In this document: positions 51,941-60,703 of the stretch, piece by piece
Layout: each line of letters opens with the position of its first letter
Numbering within the stretch: position 1 is the stretch's first letter
Origin: a virus
Lineage: Duplodnaviria; Caudoviricetes
DNA: 64,000 nt
IMG/VR virus record: IMGVR_UViG_3300020046_004224
Direction: 5' to 3' (one strand)
Notes under the pieces: model-generated
Told to the model about the DNA's origin: nothing
The model's input: only the letters and a program-made list of their open reading frames with translations
Databases searched by the model: none
Program-made: the position numbers and the translations under genes

Positions 51941-52129
51941 GTTTAATGATCAATTCACTTTGAACGATAGACGTTATATCCGTTATTGTAATTTGGACTG
52001 AGAGTATCGAGGGAAAAGTACAATATGAGGATATTGAGTCTTATAGTGAAAATCCCCTTGTGGTTTTATCATAGAGTTATCTAGCGATGCACTAGACTCT
52101 CAAAAACCGATTTCTGAACGACATTAAAC
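51941..52129 (-). ncRNA. Retron-like msr-msd ncRNA copy 1 (upstream of RT)
   Basis: Inverted repeat GTTTAATG/CATTAAAC (51941-48 / 52122-29), candidate branch G at 52114, msr hairpin 52062-52108, long msd hairpin 51954-52050. Confidence 0.75.
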
Positions 52130-52155
52130 ATTACGCCAACCCAACTAACCGTCAA
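52128..52155 (-). promoter_or_regulatory. Promoter TTGACG-N16-TAATGT in front of the retron unit
   Basis: Matches the window-wide 16-bp-spacer consensus. Confidence 0.55.
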
Positions 52156-52156
52156 C

Positions 52157-53314
52157 TTAAAAATATCTTTCTTTTGTCATATGGTGGTTTGGCGGACCAT
52201 CATATTGTTCGTGTTCATTTTCAAAATCTTCCCATTCGGCATCTGTCATATCGGCAATGTTCCTTTTTCGACCATTTACATGAACTTGGTAATCGCCGCC
52301 ATTTTCTATTTCATCAATTACTGCCTGATTCTTTTTTTCCAATAGTGTAATATACTCATCATATGTTTCCGCCTGATCGAGTTGTTGGTCAATCATTTCT
52401 TTGTAACCGAGAAGTAATGTTTGTTCCGGCTCCTCTTCCTCTGCCTCTTCTGGCACACCGGTAAGATTTCCGTGCTTATCAAATTTCTGCCACCATGCGT
52501 CATATGCTTTATGATCATATGTTTGTGTATGATGTTGAGCCGTTTTCCATGAGCGGACAAAATGGAACGGATAAACCTTTTCCATAGTTTCGCACATTTC
52601 GAGCATCATATTACATACATTTTCCAAATCATTCAGGCTAATGTATTCGCTGTCAGTATGTGGAAGATAATAACCCGCCGACATATTTGCAACTGATACA
52701 CCTACATCTTGATCACGAAGAGATTCCACATCGGTCATCATACCTTTAACCATTTTATATCCAAATTTCTTCAAAATGGGTCGGACATCTTCAATAAATG
52801 CCTCTGACGACAGGGGACCACAAATGTCATAGACGAAATCATTATTTCCCCGTCTGTCTGCTTGAATAACAAAACGGCAATTGTTGAAGAAATCGATATT
52901 TGCCTGAGAACTTCCAACACAACCAATTTCTTCATCCACAAAGAATGCGACCTTACATTCAGGCAAAATTTCAAGACAGTGTAATGCTGCATAAATGCCA
53001 CATTTATCATCTCCGCCGATTCCCGTCAAACGATGTGTATCTGGATTGATTCCGAATACCACATCTGGATTACTAATTGAATGTGCTACTTCAATTCCTC
53101 CTTTGGTAATATTATGAACCGTATCCATATGAGCAACAATACATGGATATGTATCAGCAGTTCCCTTGGTAATATAGAGATTATCCATATTATCTAGTTC
53201 AATCTCATATCCTTTGGATAACACATAATCAAATAGATAATTTTGCATATCTCCACATTGACGAGAATGTGATTGGATTTCGAGAATTTTGAATAGTAGT
53301 TGTTTATTGATCAT
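52157..53314 (-). CDS. M20/M28 family metallopeptidase
   Basis: AHMDTV, GGDDKCG, DEEIG, DR and YY.PHT.SE metal-binding motifs. Confidence 0.85.
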   Translation of the reverse strand: MINKQLLFKILEIQSHSRQCGDMQNYLFDYVLSKGYEIELDNMDNLYITKGTADTYPCIVAHMDTVHNITKGGIEVAHSISNPDVVFGINPDTHRLTGIGGDDKCGIYAALHCLEILPECKVAFFVDEEIGCVGSSQANIDFFNNCRFVIQADRRGNNDFVYDICGPLSSEAFIEDVRPILKKFGYKMVKGMMTDVESLRDQDVGVSVANMSAGYYLPHTDSEYISLNDLENVCNMMLEMCETMEKVYPFHFVRSWKTAQHHTQTYDHKAYDAWWQKFDKHGNLTGVPEEAEEEEPEQTLLLGYKEMIDQQLDQAETYDEYITLLEKKNQAVIDEIENGGDYQVHVNGRKRNIADMTDAEWEDFENEHEQYDGPPNHHMTKERYF

Positions 53315-54942
53315 TATAGTGTGTTATCTGTATTTGTTGGTTGAAGTGTATTAGTATCGATATTGTTGAGAATTGCCGTTGCATCATCTAGATCATCTTG
53401 AATCGAACGACGTGATCCAAAATTGGTTCCCCAAAAGCTTCTAACATATTCGTCAAGACCGCTTGTATTGTAGCTATCGTGATAAGACGTTTTATAAAGT
53501 TTATATTTAAGTTCATTAAGTTCGGAACGTGATGCATCACCGAGCTTGAACTTATACCCTTCACCAACTTTGTCAATCTTTTTCGGCGGAGGTTCAGAGT
53601 AATAAAGAGATGCATATTTTTTATGAACCGTCTTTTCGTCACCAGTTGAGGTATATACTTTAACAGCTTCGTGTTTCAGAATATAATTACCACTGTATGC
53701 ACAAGTTACTAAATTACTTTTGAGATAATGTTTTTTGTTGATTTTTTTAAGTCGGTCATCGCGATAATAATAGTGTTGTTTATCATCTTCACAGACAATA
53801 ACATATGAACTATTTTTCTCAAAATAGATATTATCATACAAAACACATGTATCTGGATGCACATAGCTACCATGATAGGATTTCACATATCCTCTTTTAT
53901 ATCCATTATCTTGCCGACTCATGCTAGTTCTGTCATAAGAAAATCGTGAGAAACATTCAAACCATTTACTCATCAGAAACTTGTCATCGCAATCGCCGTA
54001 TCTAAAAGTATCAATATAAGGATAGTCATCTATGTCGTCTAATTTTGTACCTTTTTTGGGTTTAGTCTTGAGAAAACAGTCGTTAACAGAATACCGCGTG
54101 TCCCCAAGTCGAAACTCATTACCACTATTTGCTGATCGGTGTAACATGCCATGATTATTAGCATATTGAAGAAATGCTTCCTGGCATTCCACAGTATTGG
54201 CATAAATCCTATCCATGAATACATGGTTAGAAACAACAATTTCCGAGTGTCCTGACTTTGTATGGATCAAATCGACATCATTCCAGATAATTGCACGTCC
54301 AACAAGTTTTCCATCGAGTTTTCGACGTGCAACGAGAGGAAAACAATCAAACTTCGTATAAAAAGGCTTTACATCTTTCTTAGACATGCACGATCCTGTT
54401 TCACGAATAAAATTGCTATCATCATAGGCAACGGGAAACGTAGATTGTTCAAAAATCAGTTCTTCTGCATCCTCAAATGTTTTAAACTTAGTTGCAAATA
54501 ATGCAAAATGTTTATCATTCAGGCGTTTAACCAATCGCGGATTGAGAAATTCACGGGCGAAACGTGCAGGCTTACAGGTTTGTCTTCCGACCCGTGACCA
54601 TTTATTATCATCGGTCAATTGGATTGTTTTACCGAAAGGGGTGAAAGAAATCAGTCCTTTTGTCTCACGACACGAAACATAGTTGACATGTTTTTTACTT
54701 ACATAGTTTTGCCATACCCGTGTTTGCAACAAAAGTTTAGATACGATACATCCCTCTTTTGCAAATGTATCAATCATTGTAGTAAAATTATTTGCAAATG
54801 TCACATTACTATATTGATTGTATGGAGAATCAACAAACGAGTATGTGACAGGGATATTGTCGAAATATAACCTCGGATGTTTCCTTGTATAAATAATTCG
54901 AGTTTTTGGTAATTCCTGTCCTAATTTACTAAAGATGGTCAT
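53314..54942 (-). CDS. Phage protein of unknown function carrying the SCM/DRIY/PYID domain
   Basis: GSCM, GRAIIW, FMDRIY and YPYIDTF motifs; stop overlaps the peptidase start. Confidence 0.7.
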   Translation of the reverse strand: MTIFSKLGQELPKTRIIYTRKHPRLYFDNIPVTYSFVDSPYNQYSNVTFANNFTTMIDTFAKEGCIVSKLLLQTRVWQNYVSKKHVNYVSCRETKGLISFTPFGKTIQLTDDNKWSRVGRQTCKPARFAREFLNPRLVKRLNDKHFALFATKFKTFEDAEELIFEQSTFPVAYDDSNFIRETGSCMSKKDVKPFYTKFDCFPLVARRKLDGKLVGRAIIWNDVDLIHTKSGHSEIVVSNHVFMDRIYANTVECQEAFLQYANNHGMLHRSANSGNEFRLGDTRYSVNDCFLKTKPKKGTKLDDIDDYPYIDTFRYGDCDDKFLMSKWFECFSRFSYDRTSMSRQDNGYKRGYVKSYHGSYVHPDTCVLYDNIYFEKNSSYVIVCEDDKQHYYYRDDRLKKINKKHYLKSNLVTCAYSGNYILKHEAVKVYTSTGDEKTVHKKYASLYYSEPPPKKIDKVGEGYKFKLGDASRSELNELKYKLYKTSYHDSYNTSGLDEYVRSFWGTNFGSRRSIQDDLDDATAILNNIDTNTLQPTNTDNTL

Positions 54943-55160
54943 GGGATATTTTTAATTCTGTAGTAGCTTGTTAGATGTGAATGTCCTGTCTTTACACTTT
55001 TGCAGAGAATTTCCCCGTTGTCAATATCAATTAACAGTTCGGGACGGAAATTATTTAATTTTCTAATGTTATTTGCAGTATGGTGTTGTGCGCAAGTTTC
55101 TAAAAATTTACAATCAGGAGAAAGACATTCCGATTCGGTGTTTAATTGAATGGAATTCAT
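54939..55160 (-). CDS. Small Cys-rich hypothetical protein
   Basis: C....C....C motif; ATGA overlap with the next gene. Confidence 0.55.
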   Translation of the reverse strand: MNSIQLNTESECLSPDCKFLETCAQHHTANNIRKLNNFRPELLIDIDNGEILCKSVKTGHSHLTSYYRIKNIP

Positions 55161-55184
55161 TGTTTAATAGTATAAGTAATTCGT

Positions 55185-56048
55185 ATGGCAAACATAATTT
55201 CAAAGGATAAAAAAGAATTAATAATAGCATCATTCAAAGAGGGTGTTTTAATAAAGGATATTGCTAAACTCTTCGGCACACATCCTACTACAGTCTCCAA
55301 AGTTATAAAAAGTGTAGGATTAATTCCGAGGCGTAGAAAATATCATTTAAATGAAGCATACTTCCAAAAAATTGATAATTGTGAAAAGGCTTATTGGCTG
55401 GGTTTTATATATGCAGATGGCTCTGTGGCGGGTAAAACAGGTCTTCGAATAGATTTACAGGCTAGGGATAAGACACATCTTTTAAAATTGGTAAAAGCTC
55501 TAAACGTGTCTTCAAATTATAATTTGAAGACACGTTTGATAAAAAATAAAGAATATTCACAGTTTAATATTTGTAGTACTCAGATCAAAAATGATTTAAT
55601 TTCTTATGGTATAACTGAAGACAAAACTGTGTACCCAATCGTCCCAAAGATTTCAGACGAATTTATTATCCCATTTCTACGCGGATACTTCGATGGAGAT
55701 GGCTGTTTGTCTTATAGCGAACATAAAACTAAAAATAGAATTCGTTTGGTAACTTGTTACTTTCTAGTTCATGTTAATATAAAAGATTGGTTATATACTA
55801 AATTAAAACTCATATGTCCTAATATCGAATTTAGCTGTCAGGATCATCCTCGTACTCCATTTTTAAAAAAATTATGTATATCAGGGTATACAACCACAAT
55901 CAAAGTATTAGATACAATCTACAAAGATTATGATGTTTCACTTGATAGAAAATATCAAAAATATTTATATATAAAGGAACGAATCATGATGGACTCTCCA
56001 CATTATCTTCGGCACTTTCCTGTTGTTGCGCCTCCTCAAGATCAATAA
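55185..56048 (+). CDS. Free-standing LAGLIDADG homing endonuclease
   Basis: AYWLGFIYADGSV and FLRGYFDGDG motifs, N-terminal HTH, LDRK. Confidence 0.88.
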   Translation: MANIISKDKKELIIASFKEGVLIKDIAKLFGTHPTTVSKVIKSVGLIPRRRKYHLNEAYFQKIDNCEKAYWLGFIYADGSVAGKTGLRIDLQARDKTHLLKLVKALNVSSNYNLKTRLIKNKEYSQFNICSTQIKNDLISYGITEDKTVYPIVPKISDEFIIPFLRGYFDGDGCLSYSEHKTKNRIRLVTCYFLVHVNIKDWLYTKLKLICPNIEFSCQDHPRTPFLKKLCISGYTTTIKVLDTIYKDYDVSLDRKYQKYLYIKERIMMDSPHYLRHFPVVAPPQDQ

Positions 56049-57357
56049 CACCCTGATCTAAAAACTTGCTCTCTTTTTCCAAAAACCGAAAACTCTTCAA
56101 TTTATAAACTTCCCACGCATTTGGTTTATCAACTCTCATAATAACACCTTCTGCTGGCGTATTCGGAACAGTATTACAAAAGATACAATCTTTTTCAAGA
56201 TAATCATTGATAAGATGTGCCAATACATTTTCATGCCAGTGCTCATTTACCGAAACTTGGGGATATAAATCTTTGATCTTTCCATAGAAATGAACCAAGG
56301 GCGTTTTGATACCGAATTTATCACAGTAATCAATCATTTGATGATGCGATAGTTCATGCACGTCCCCGATGACATTGGTATAGGTCATTCTATACACGAT
56401 ATAATCCAGAGAGCCAACAGGGCATCCGTAATCATAATCAGATTGGATCATTTTACCAGTGGGAGTATATCCTACGATTTCGCCATAAAAGCTATATCCA
56501 TGTTTCAATGACGGATAAAGTTTATCTGCAACAATTTTCCAGACATCTGAATCATAGAAATGATTATTTTCTTTATCATTGTCCAGCGACACGTTCTTTA
56601 TAACACTCCGCGATGAATACAACATGCCATATTCAGTATCAACCACATTAACTTTGAAGAACTTGGCAATTCGATCTTTCCAAGTCAAATTTTTCTTAAT
56701 AATTACATTAGAAACAACAAAACTTGTTCCGTGATACTTTTCAGTAATAGCTACATAATCATCTGGTTGCACTTTATGCATATTCCGCTTCAACTGCTCT
56801 GTTGATGGATGAAAGGCGAATTGTTTCTCTACAAGTTTAGATGCATAGCGTTTCACATTTCCACGGGTTTTCTTACCAGCGGCATCACCCTGATAAGTGC
56901 CTTTAGGAATGTACTTCTTACAAAAAACATGATCAAAAAGTAGATCAAAATCCGAACCAACATGTTTATCAGTAATGACTAAATCTTTCCCCAAGATTTC
57001 TTTTGCAAATCTTTCCAATTCAGAAACAGGCACGATATATCCCTCAGACCGCTCTCCACGCAGTTTTACAGCACGAACCCTGCCGTGATACTCAAAGAAC
57101 CCTGCGACATTCGTATCGGTGTTTGAGGTCTTTTCACGGAAAGAGTTGGTGAACTTCAAGAAATCCACAGAGATAGCACACTCAAGAGGGAAATAACAAT
57201 ACAGATCATCGTCTTTTGCAGTCAAACCAGTGATGACATTATTTCCAAATAGAGATACACATTGTAGGCGATCTGCTCCATTATGACGACGAACATTCGT
57301 CAATTTAACAATTGACGCCAAATAATTAATTTTATGATCGGATGATTTTGTGAACAT
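55984..57357 (-). CDS. ATP-dependent RNA ligase (Rnl2/DRB0094-like, N-terminal OB-type domain)
   Basis: H.GADRL, RVRAVKLRGERSEG, motif I TEKYHGTS, YGEIVG, EGVIMR, KLKS. Confidence 0.85.
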   Translation of the reverse strand: MFTKSSDHKINYLASIVKLTNVRRHNGADRLQCVSLFGNNVITGLTAKDDDLYCYFPLECAISVDFLKFTNSFREKTSNTDTNVAGFFEYHGRVRAVKLRGERSEGYIVPVSELERFAKEILGKDLVITDKHVGSDFDLLFDHVFCKKYIPKGTYQGDAAGKKTRGNVKRYASKLVEKQFAFHPSTEQLKRNMHKVQPDDYVAITEKYHGTSFVVSNVIIKKNLTWKDRIAKFFKVNVVDTEYGMLYSSRSVIKNVSLDNDKENNHFYDSDVWKIVADKLYPSLKHGYSFYGEIVGYTPTGKMIQSDYDYGCPVGSLDYIVYRMTYTNVIGDVHELSHHQMIDYCDKFGIKTPLVHFYGKIKDLYPQVSVNEHWHENVLAHLINDYLEKDCIFCNTVPNTPAEGVIMRVDKPNAWEVYKLKSFRFLEKESKFLDQGVIDLEEAQQQESAEDNVESPS

Positions 57358-57937
57358 GTCTAGTATATACTTTTTCGATTAAATTGAAGAATTCTTCCTG
57401 TGTTAGGTCTGATTTAGCATAGTTGCAATTCGCACAACATGCAACTACATTTTCAAGATTATATCCAAATTTAGGGTTTATTCTATCAATACCATTATAG
57501 ACAAAAACATCATCAGAATCTTTGCTATTAAAATATCTATTCGATGGAGGCATTCCACAATAAAAACAATCTTTATTAATTATTTCTCTAAATTGTTCTT
57601 CGGTTAATAAGAATTCGCGTTTCTTTTCAATAGCACGATGTTTATAATTATAAATTATATTATTGAAAGGGACTACTCCCTTCGGTTTCTTCGAAGCTAG
57701 TCCATTTCTTCTGGCCGCTTCACGCTGTAAACATCCACAACTATATGTTTTCTTAGGGCCAATTAAATTATCCTTTCTTATAGAAACTACGTTACCACAT
57801 TCACATTGACAGTCGCAATGCTCTTTATAAGTTATTTGCCCTTTTTTATTGGTATATTTTGATCTTGGATCATCGTTTTTACCAATAACTGTTAAACGTC
57901 CTATTACTAACCCCGAAATGTCTTTAGATTTACCCAT
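57332..57937 (-). CDS. HNH endonuclease
   Basis: GRLTVI, CQCECGN, SCGCL, CFYCG, GIDRIN...GY..ENVVACC..CN.AK. Confidence 0.85.
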   Translation of the reverse strand: MGKSKDISGLVIGRLTVIGKNDDPRSKYTNKKGQITYKEHCDCQCECGNVVSIRKDNLIGPKKTYSCGCLQREAARRNGLASKKPKGVVPFNNIIYNYKHRAIEKKREFLLTEEQFREIINKDCFYCGMPPSNRYFNSKDSDDVFVYNGIDRINPKFGYNLENVVACCANCNYAKSDLTQEEFFNLIEKVYTRHVHKIIRS

Positions 57938-58053
57938 ACTAATACTTATAGTAAAAGCATGAAAACTATATAGTTAGTTCTTGGAAATTTTAAATAAGAT
58001 GATAATTCGGATTATGTTTATCAGATTTCGTGAACATATTTTTATATTAAAAT

Positions 58054-58127
58054 TGGCAACGGTTACTGGATTCGAACCAATATCTTCGAGCATACACTCT
58101 TTGTTCTAGCCGTTAAACTAAACCGTT
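58054..58127 (-). tRNA. tRNA-like RNA with a defective anticodon arm
   Basis: Perfect acceptor stem AACGGTT/AACCGTT, GGTTCGAATCC T arm, GCCA end; anticodon arm only GAG-TGTATG-CTC. Confidence 0.7.
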
Positions 58128-58226
58128 AATTTGTTAAAATTATCCCATGAAAGCGGTGATGAACCATTTTACGCCAAAGGCTATAGCCCATGCTACTTCG
58201 ACAGTATGTGCCCAAAATTCCATATA

Positions 58227-58373
58227 TTATTTCTTTGTACCGCAAACAGTACATTTATGAGTTACGGATGCTTTGGTACCTCCGCCCATATTATGAAGGC
58301 GCATACCTTTCCCGTAGATTTTATCTTGGGATTCATGAGTGCAAGTGCAGGGACGTGTGGATGTTTTTGCCAT
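58227..58373 (-). CDS. 48-aa Zn-ribbon-like microprotein
   Basis: MAKTSTRPCTCTHESQDKIYGKGMRLHN...KCTVCGTKK, read by hand; below the track cutoff. Confidence 0.6.
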   Translation of the reverse strand: MAKTSTRPCTCTHESQDKIYGKGMRLHNMGGGTKASVTHKCTVCGTKK

Positions 58374-58736
58374 AATATTTTATTTATTGGTGTTGTTGTT
58401 TTTGTTACTTACGAGGATTTAATCTATCACTTATCAGAAGCATTGTCAATCGTTTTCCGTGCTGTTTCGGCCTTTTCTTTTATATTCGGTCTTATCTTTT
58501 AGACGAAAACTAGGCGGGCAAATAGGTTTACGAATCTTTTTCTTTAATTCAGAATCGCGAATAGTGCCGACTTTATGTACTTTCTTTTTCATTTGCATCG
58601 AGTGCAAGGATATACCATTCAGGTTTAACATCAAATACTTTCCCCGATTTATCTAAATAGAACCCGATAATCTTTTCTCCTGTAAAAAGTACTAATACTT
58701 TCTTTGCAAGGAAAAGAAAAGTGAATTTACCTGAAT

Positions 58737-58976
58737 TCACCATAGGAACAGTTGAACAATCTCTGCAATGATGTTCAGGACAAATGTAACCGGCATGAAG
58801 AGAAATGAGGGAATGAATGCAAGCCAATACGGACATTCAGAATTCTTCTCAGCCAAAACAAGAAACTGATTGATATTTGATTGCGTCCAAAGACTGATGA
58901 TTGATGCAAGGAACACCCAGAATCCGAAGATAAAGATGCAACCGATTGGTGATGTATTAGATGATTTATATCTCAT
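58737..58976 (-). CDS. Small membrane protein
   Basis: Two hydrophobic segments. Confidence 0.55.
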   Translation of the reverse strand: MRYKSSNTSPIGCIFIFGFWVFLASIISLWTQSNINQFLVLAEKNSECPYWLAFIPSFLFMPVTFVLNIIAEIVQLFLW

Positions 58977-58988
58977 ATGTTTTATTTT

Positions 58989-59309
58989 TTAGTATTTGTT
59001 GATGATTTCTTTAGCTTGTTTGTAATTGTCCACCCCATGATCTAGGCATTGACGAATAACAGCATGACACTTCTTTTCGTCTCTGTCCGTTGCCGTAATC
59101 ATTCGATTATTTTTAAAAAAGAGGGTCGAATATCCGACATGTTGAATTTTCCTTTTATATTTCCTGCGGCCAAACTGAACAAGAATACATCCACATGAAA
59201 TATTTTGATCAGAAATGGAATCACCGCCTTGAAGCATATCAATTCTCCGCTCATCTCTTTGTGAGAGGACGAAAGATTTTAGATCATCGAATGTATAGGT
59301 GTCGGGCAT
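58989..59309 (-). CDS. Hypothetical protein
   Basis: Possible paralog of 39396-39743. Confidence 0.55.
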   Translation of the reverse strand: MPDTYTFDDLKSFVLSQRDERRIDMLQGGDSISDQNISCGCILVQFGRRKYKRKIQHVGYSTLFFKNNRMITATDRDEKKCHAVIRQCLDHGVDNYKQAKEIINKY

Positions 59310-59335
59310 GATTGATTATAGTCTAATTTCGGGAT

Positions 59336-59734
59336 TTAGCAAGTCCAAAGTACGTTTTTCCAGTTTAAAGGTGAAATAATTGTTCGTTCACAGTTGAAAC
59401 AAGGTGCGGCAATCATGGTTTCACCTTCTTTTCCGAGACGAACATTAAACAACGTCAATCCAGAATCATCACTCGTTCCAAATTTATTGATGAACAAACT
59501 AAGTGCATTTATTTCTGAGTGTCTTCCGCTGGTGTAATCTTTTGAATTAGCATTTCTCGTTGGTAGATATTTTCCGTATCTATGATATGGATGCAACCTT
59601 GTGTAATCATTTGTTGCATAACAAAGCAATTGATTATTTTTGAGAATAAAGGAGAAATGAAGATTCTTCCCTGTTCGCAAATTCTGCAAACTTCGGGCAA
59701 TTTCAATAAGACGTTCTCTTCGATATGTATTCAT
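59336..59734 (-). CDS. Cytidine/deoxycytidylate deaminase-fold protein
   Basis: HSE and APCFNC zinc motifs; ATG 6 nt after TTGACA-N16-TAGTGT. Confidence 0.75.
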   Translation of the reverse strand: MNTYRRERLIEIARSLQNLRTGKNLHFSFILKNNQLLCYATNDYTRLHPYHRYGKYLPTRNANSKDYTSGRHSEINALSLFINKFGTSDDSGLTLFNVRLGKEGETMIAAPCFNCERTIISPLNWKNVLWTC

Positions 59735-60081
59735 TAATAGACACTACCAGTTAATGAATAAATGTCAAGCTAGTCTCTCCAAAAATACCAAAAACAAAAG
59801 GTGAATAAAATAACAATGACTGTAAGAATACCACCAAGGACAAAAAATCCAATTCCTGTATTTTTAAGAACGTATAGTGTTACTGCGGTTTTCATTGAAT
59901 TGAGTTATATCCCGACATGTAATGTGGGCAGATAGGAAACTCTGGAGAATCACCCTTCATCGCTGCCCACATGCCTTCTTCTTGCATCTTCTTAACATAA
60001 TCAGGTGATACCTCGAATGTGTGAACAGGCTCGTTATTTGATGTGTCTGGTGTATTGGTGTTTTGCATATATGTATTGATA

Positions 60082-60324
60082 TTACAAATCCTTGAGTTGT
60101 TTTTCGTATTCTGTGTATTTTCTCATGGCACAACCATATAGAATGGCATTGATTTGTTTAATTTCGACCGAACTAAGTGATCGTACGACTCTTTCGACGT
60201 GCTCCAATTTTGCAGGATTATGAATCCCTGGAATGCCGTAGTTATACATAACGCCAACCGTGGTTGACCATGCATCCCGCTGTTGTTTCAATTCGTTTGC
60301 TTTATGTAATAGATTGTCGTCCAT
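60082..60324 (-). CDS. Hypothetical protein
   Basis: ORF in run. Confidence 0.5.
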   Translation of the reverse strand: MDDNLLHKANELKQQRDAWSTTVGVMYNYGIPGIHNPAKLEHVERVVRSLSSVEIKQINAILYGCAMRKYTEYEKQLKDL

Positions 60325-60343
60325 AATGGATGTTAATGTATAA

Positions 60344-60703
60344 TTATACTGCTGTCAACCTGCATTTTTGAAAAAATTCTGAACTTCCGTACACACCATA
60401 TCCATTACGGAAATTTACAGATGGGAAATTTTGATAGGTTGTTTGCATCAGTCTTTTTCCTAATCCTTGTTTACGGAATTCGGGTTTAATGAAGATGCCA
60501 CAATTCAGATAATAATCATGATTGAGTTTAATAAAACATCCAATTGGATTTTTGTCAATAGATACAACTCGAATAAATTGAATATCTTCTCTTTTCAACC
60601 AACTCTTGAAAGACCAACCAGGAACAAAAAGTTCTGCTTTCAGGCATAGCTGACGGGCAAATGCTACAGCTTTTGGTGAACTATATGTTGTTATATTTGT
60701 CAT
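60344..60703 (-). CDS. GNAT acetyltransferase
   Basis: Motif A IKPEFRKQGLGKRLM. Confidence 0.75.
   Translation of the reverse strand: MTNITTYSSPKAVAFARQLCLKAELFVPGWSFKSWLKREDIQFIRVVSIDKNPIGCFIKLNHDYYLNCGIFIKPEFRKQGLGKRLMQTTYQNFPSVNFRNGYGVYGSSEFFQKCRLTAV

Noticed and set aside
55185-56048. LAGLIDADG gene as part of an intron or intein
   Set aside because: Antisense to its neighbours, has its own start and late motif, and the flanking genes look complete
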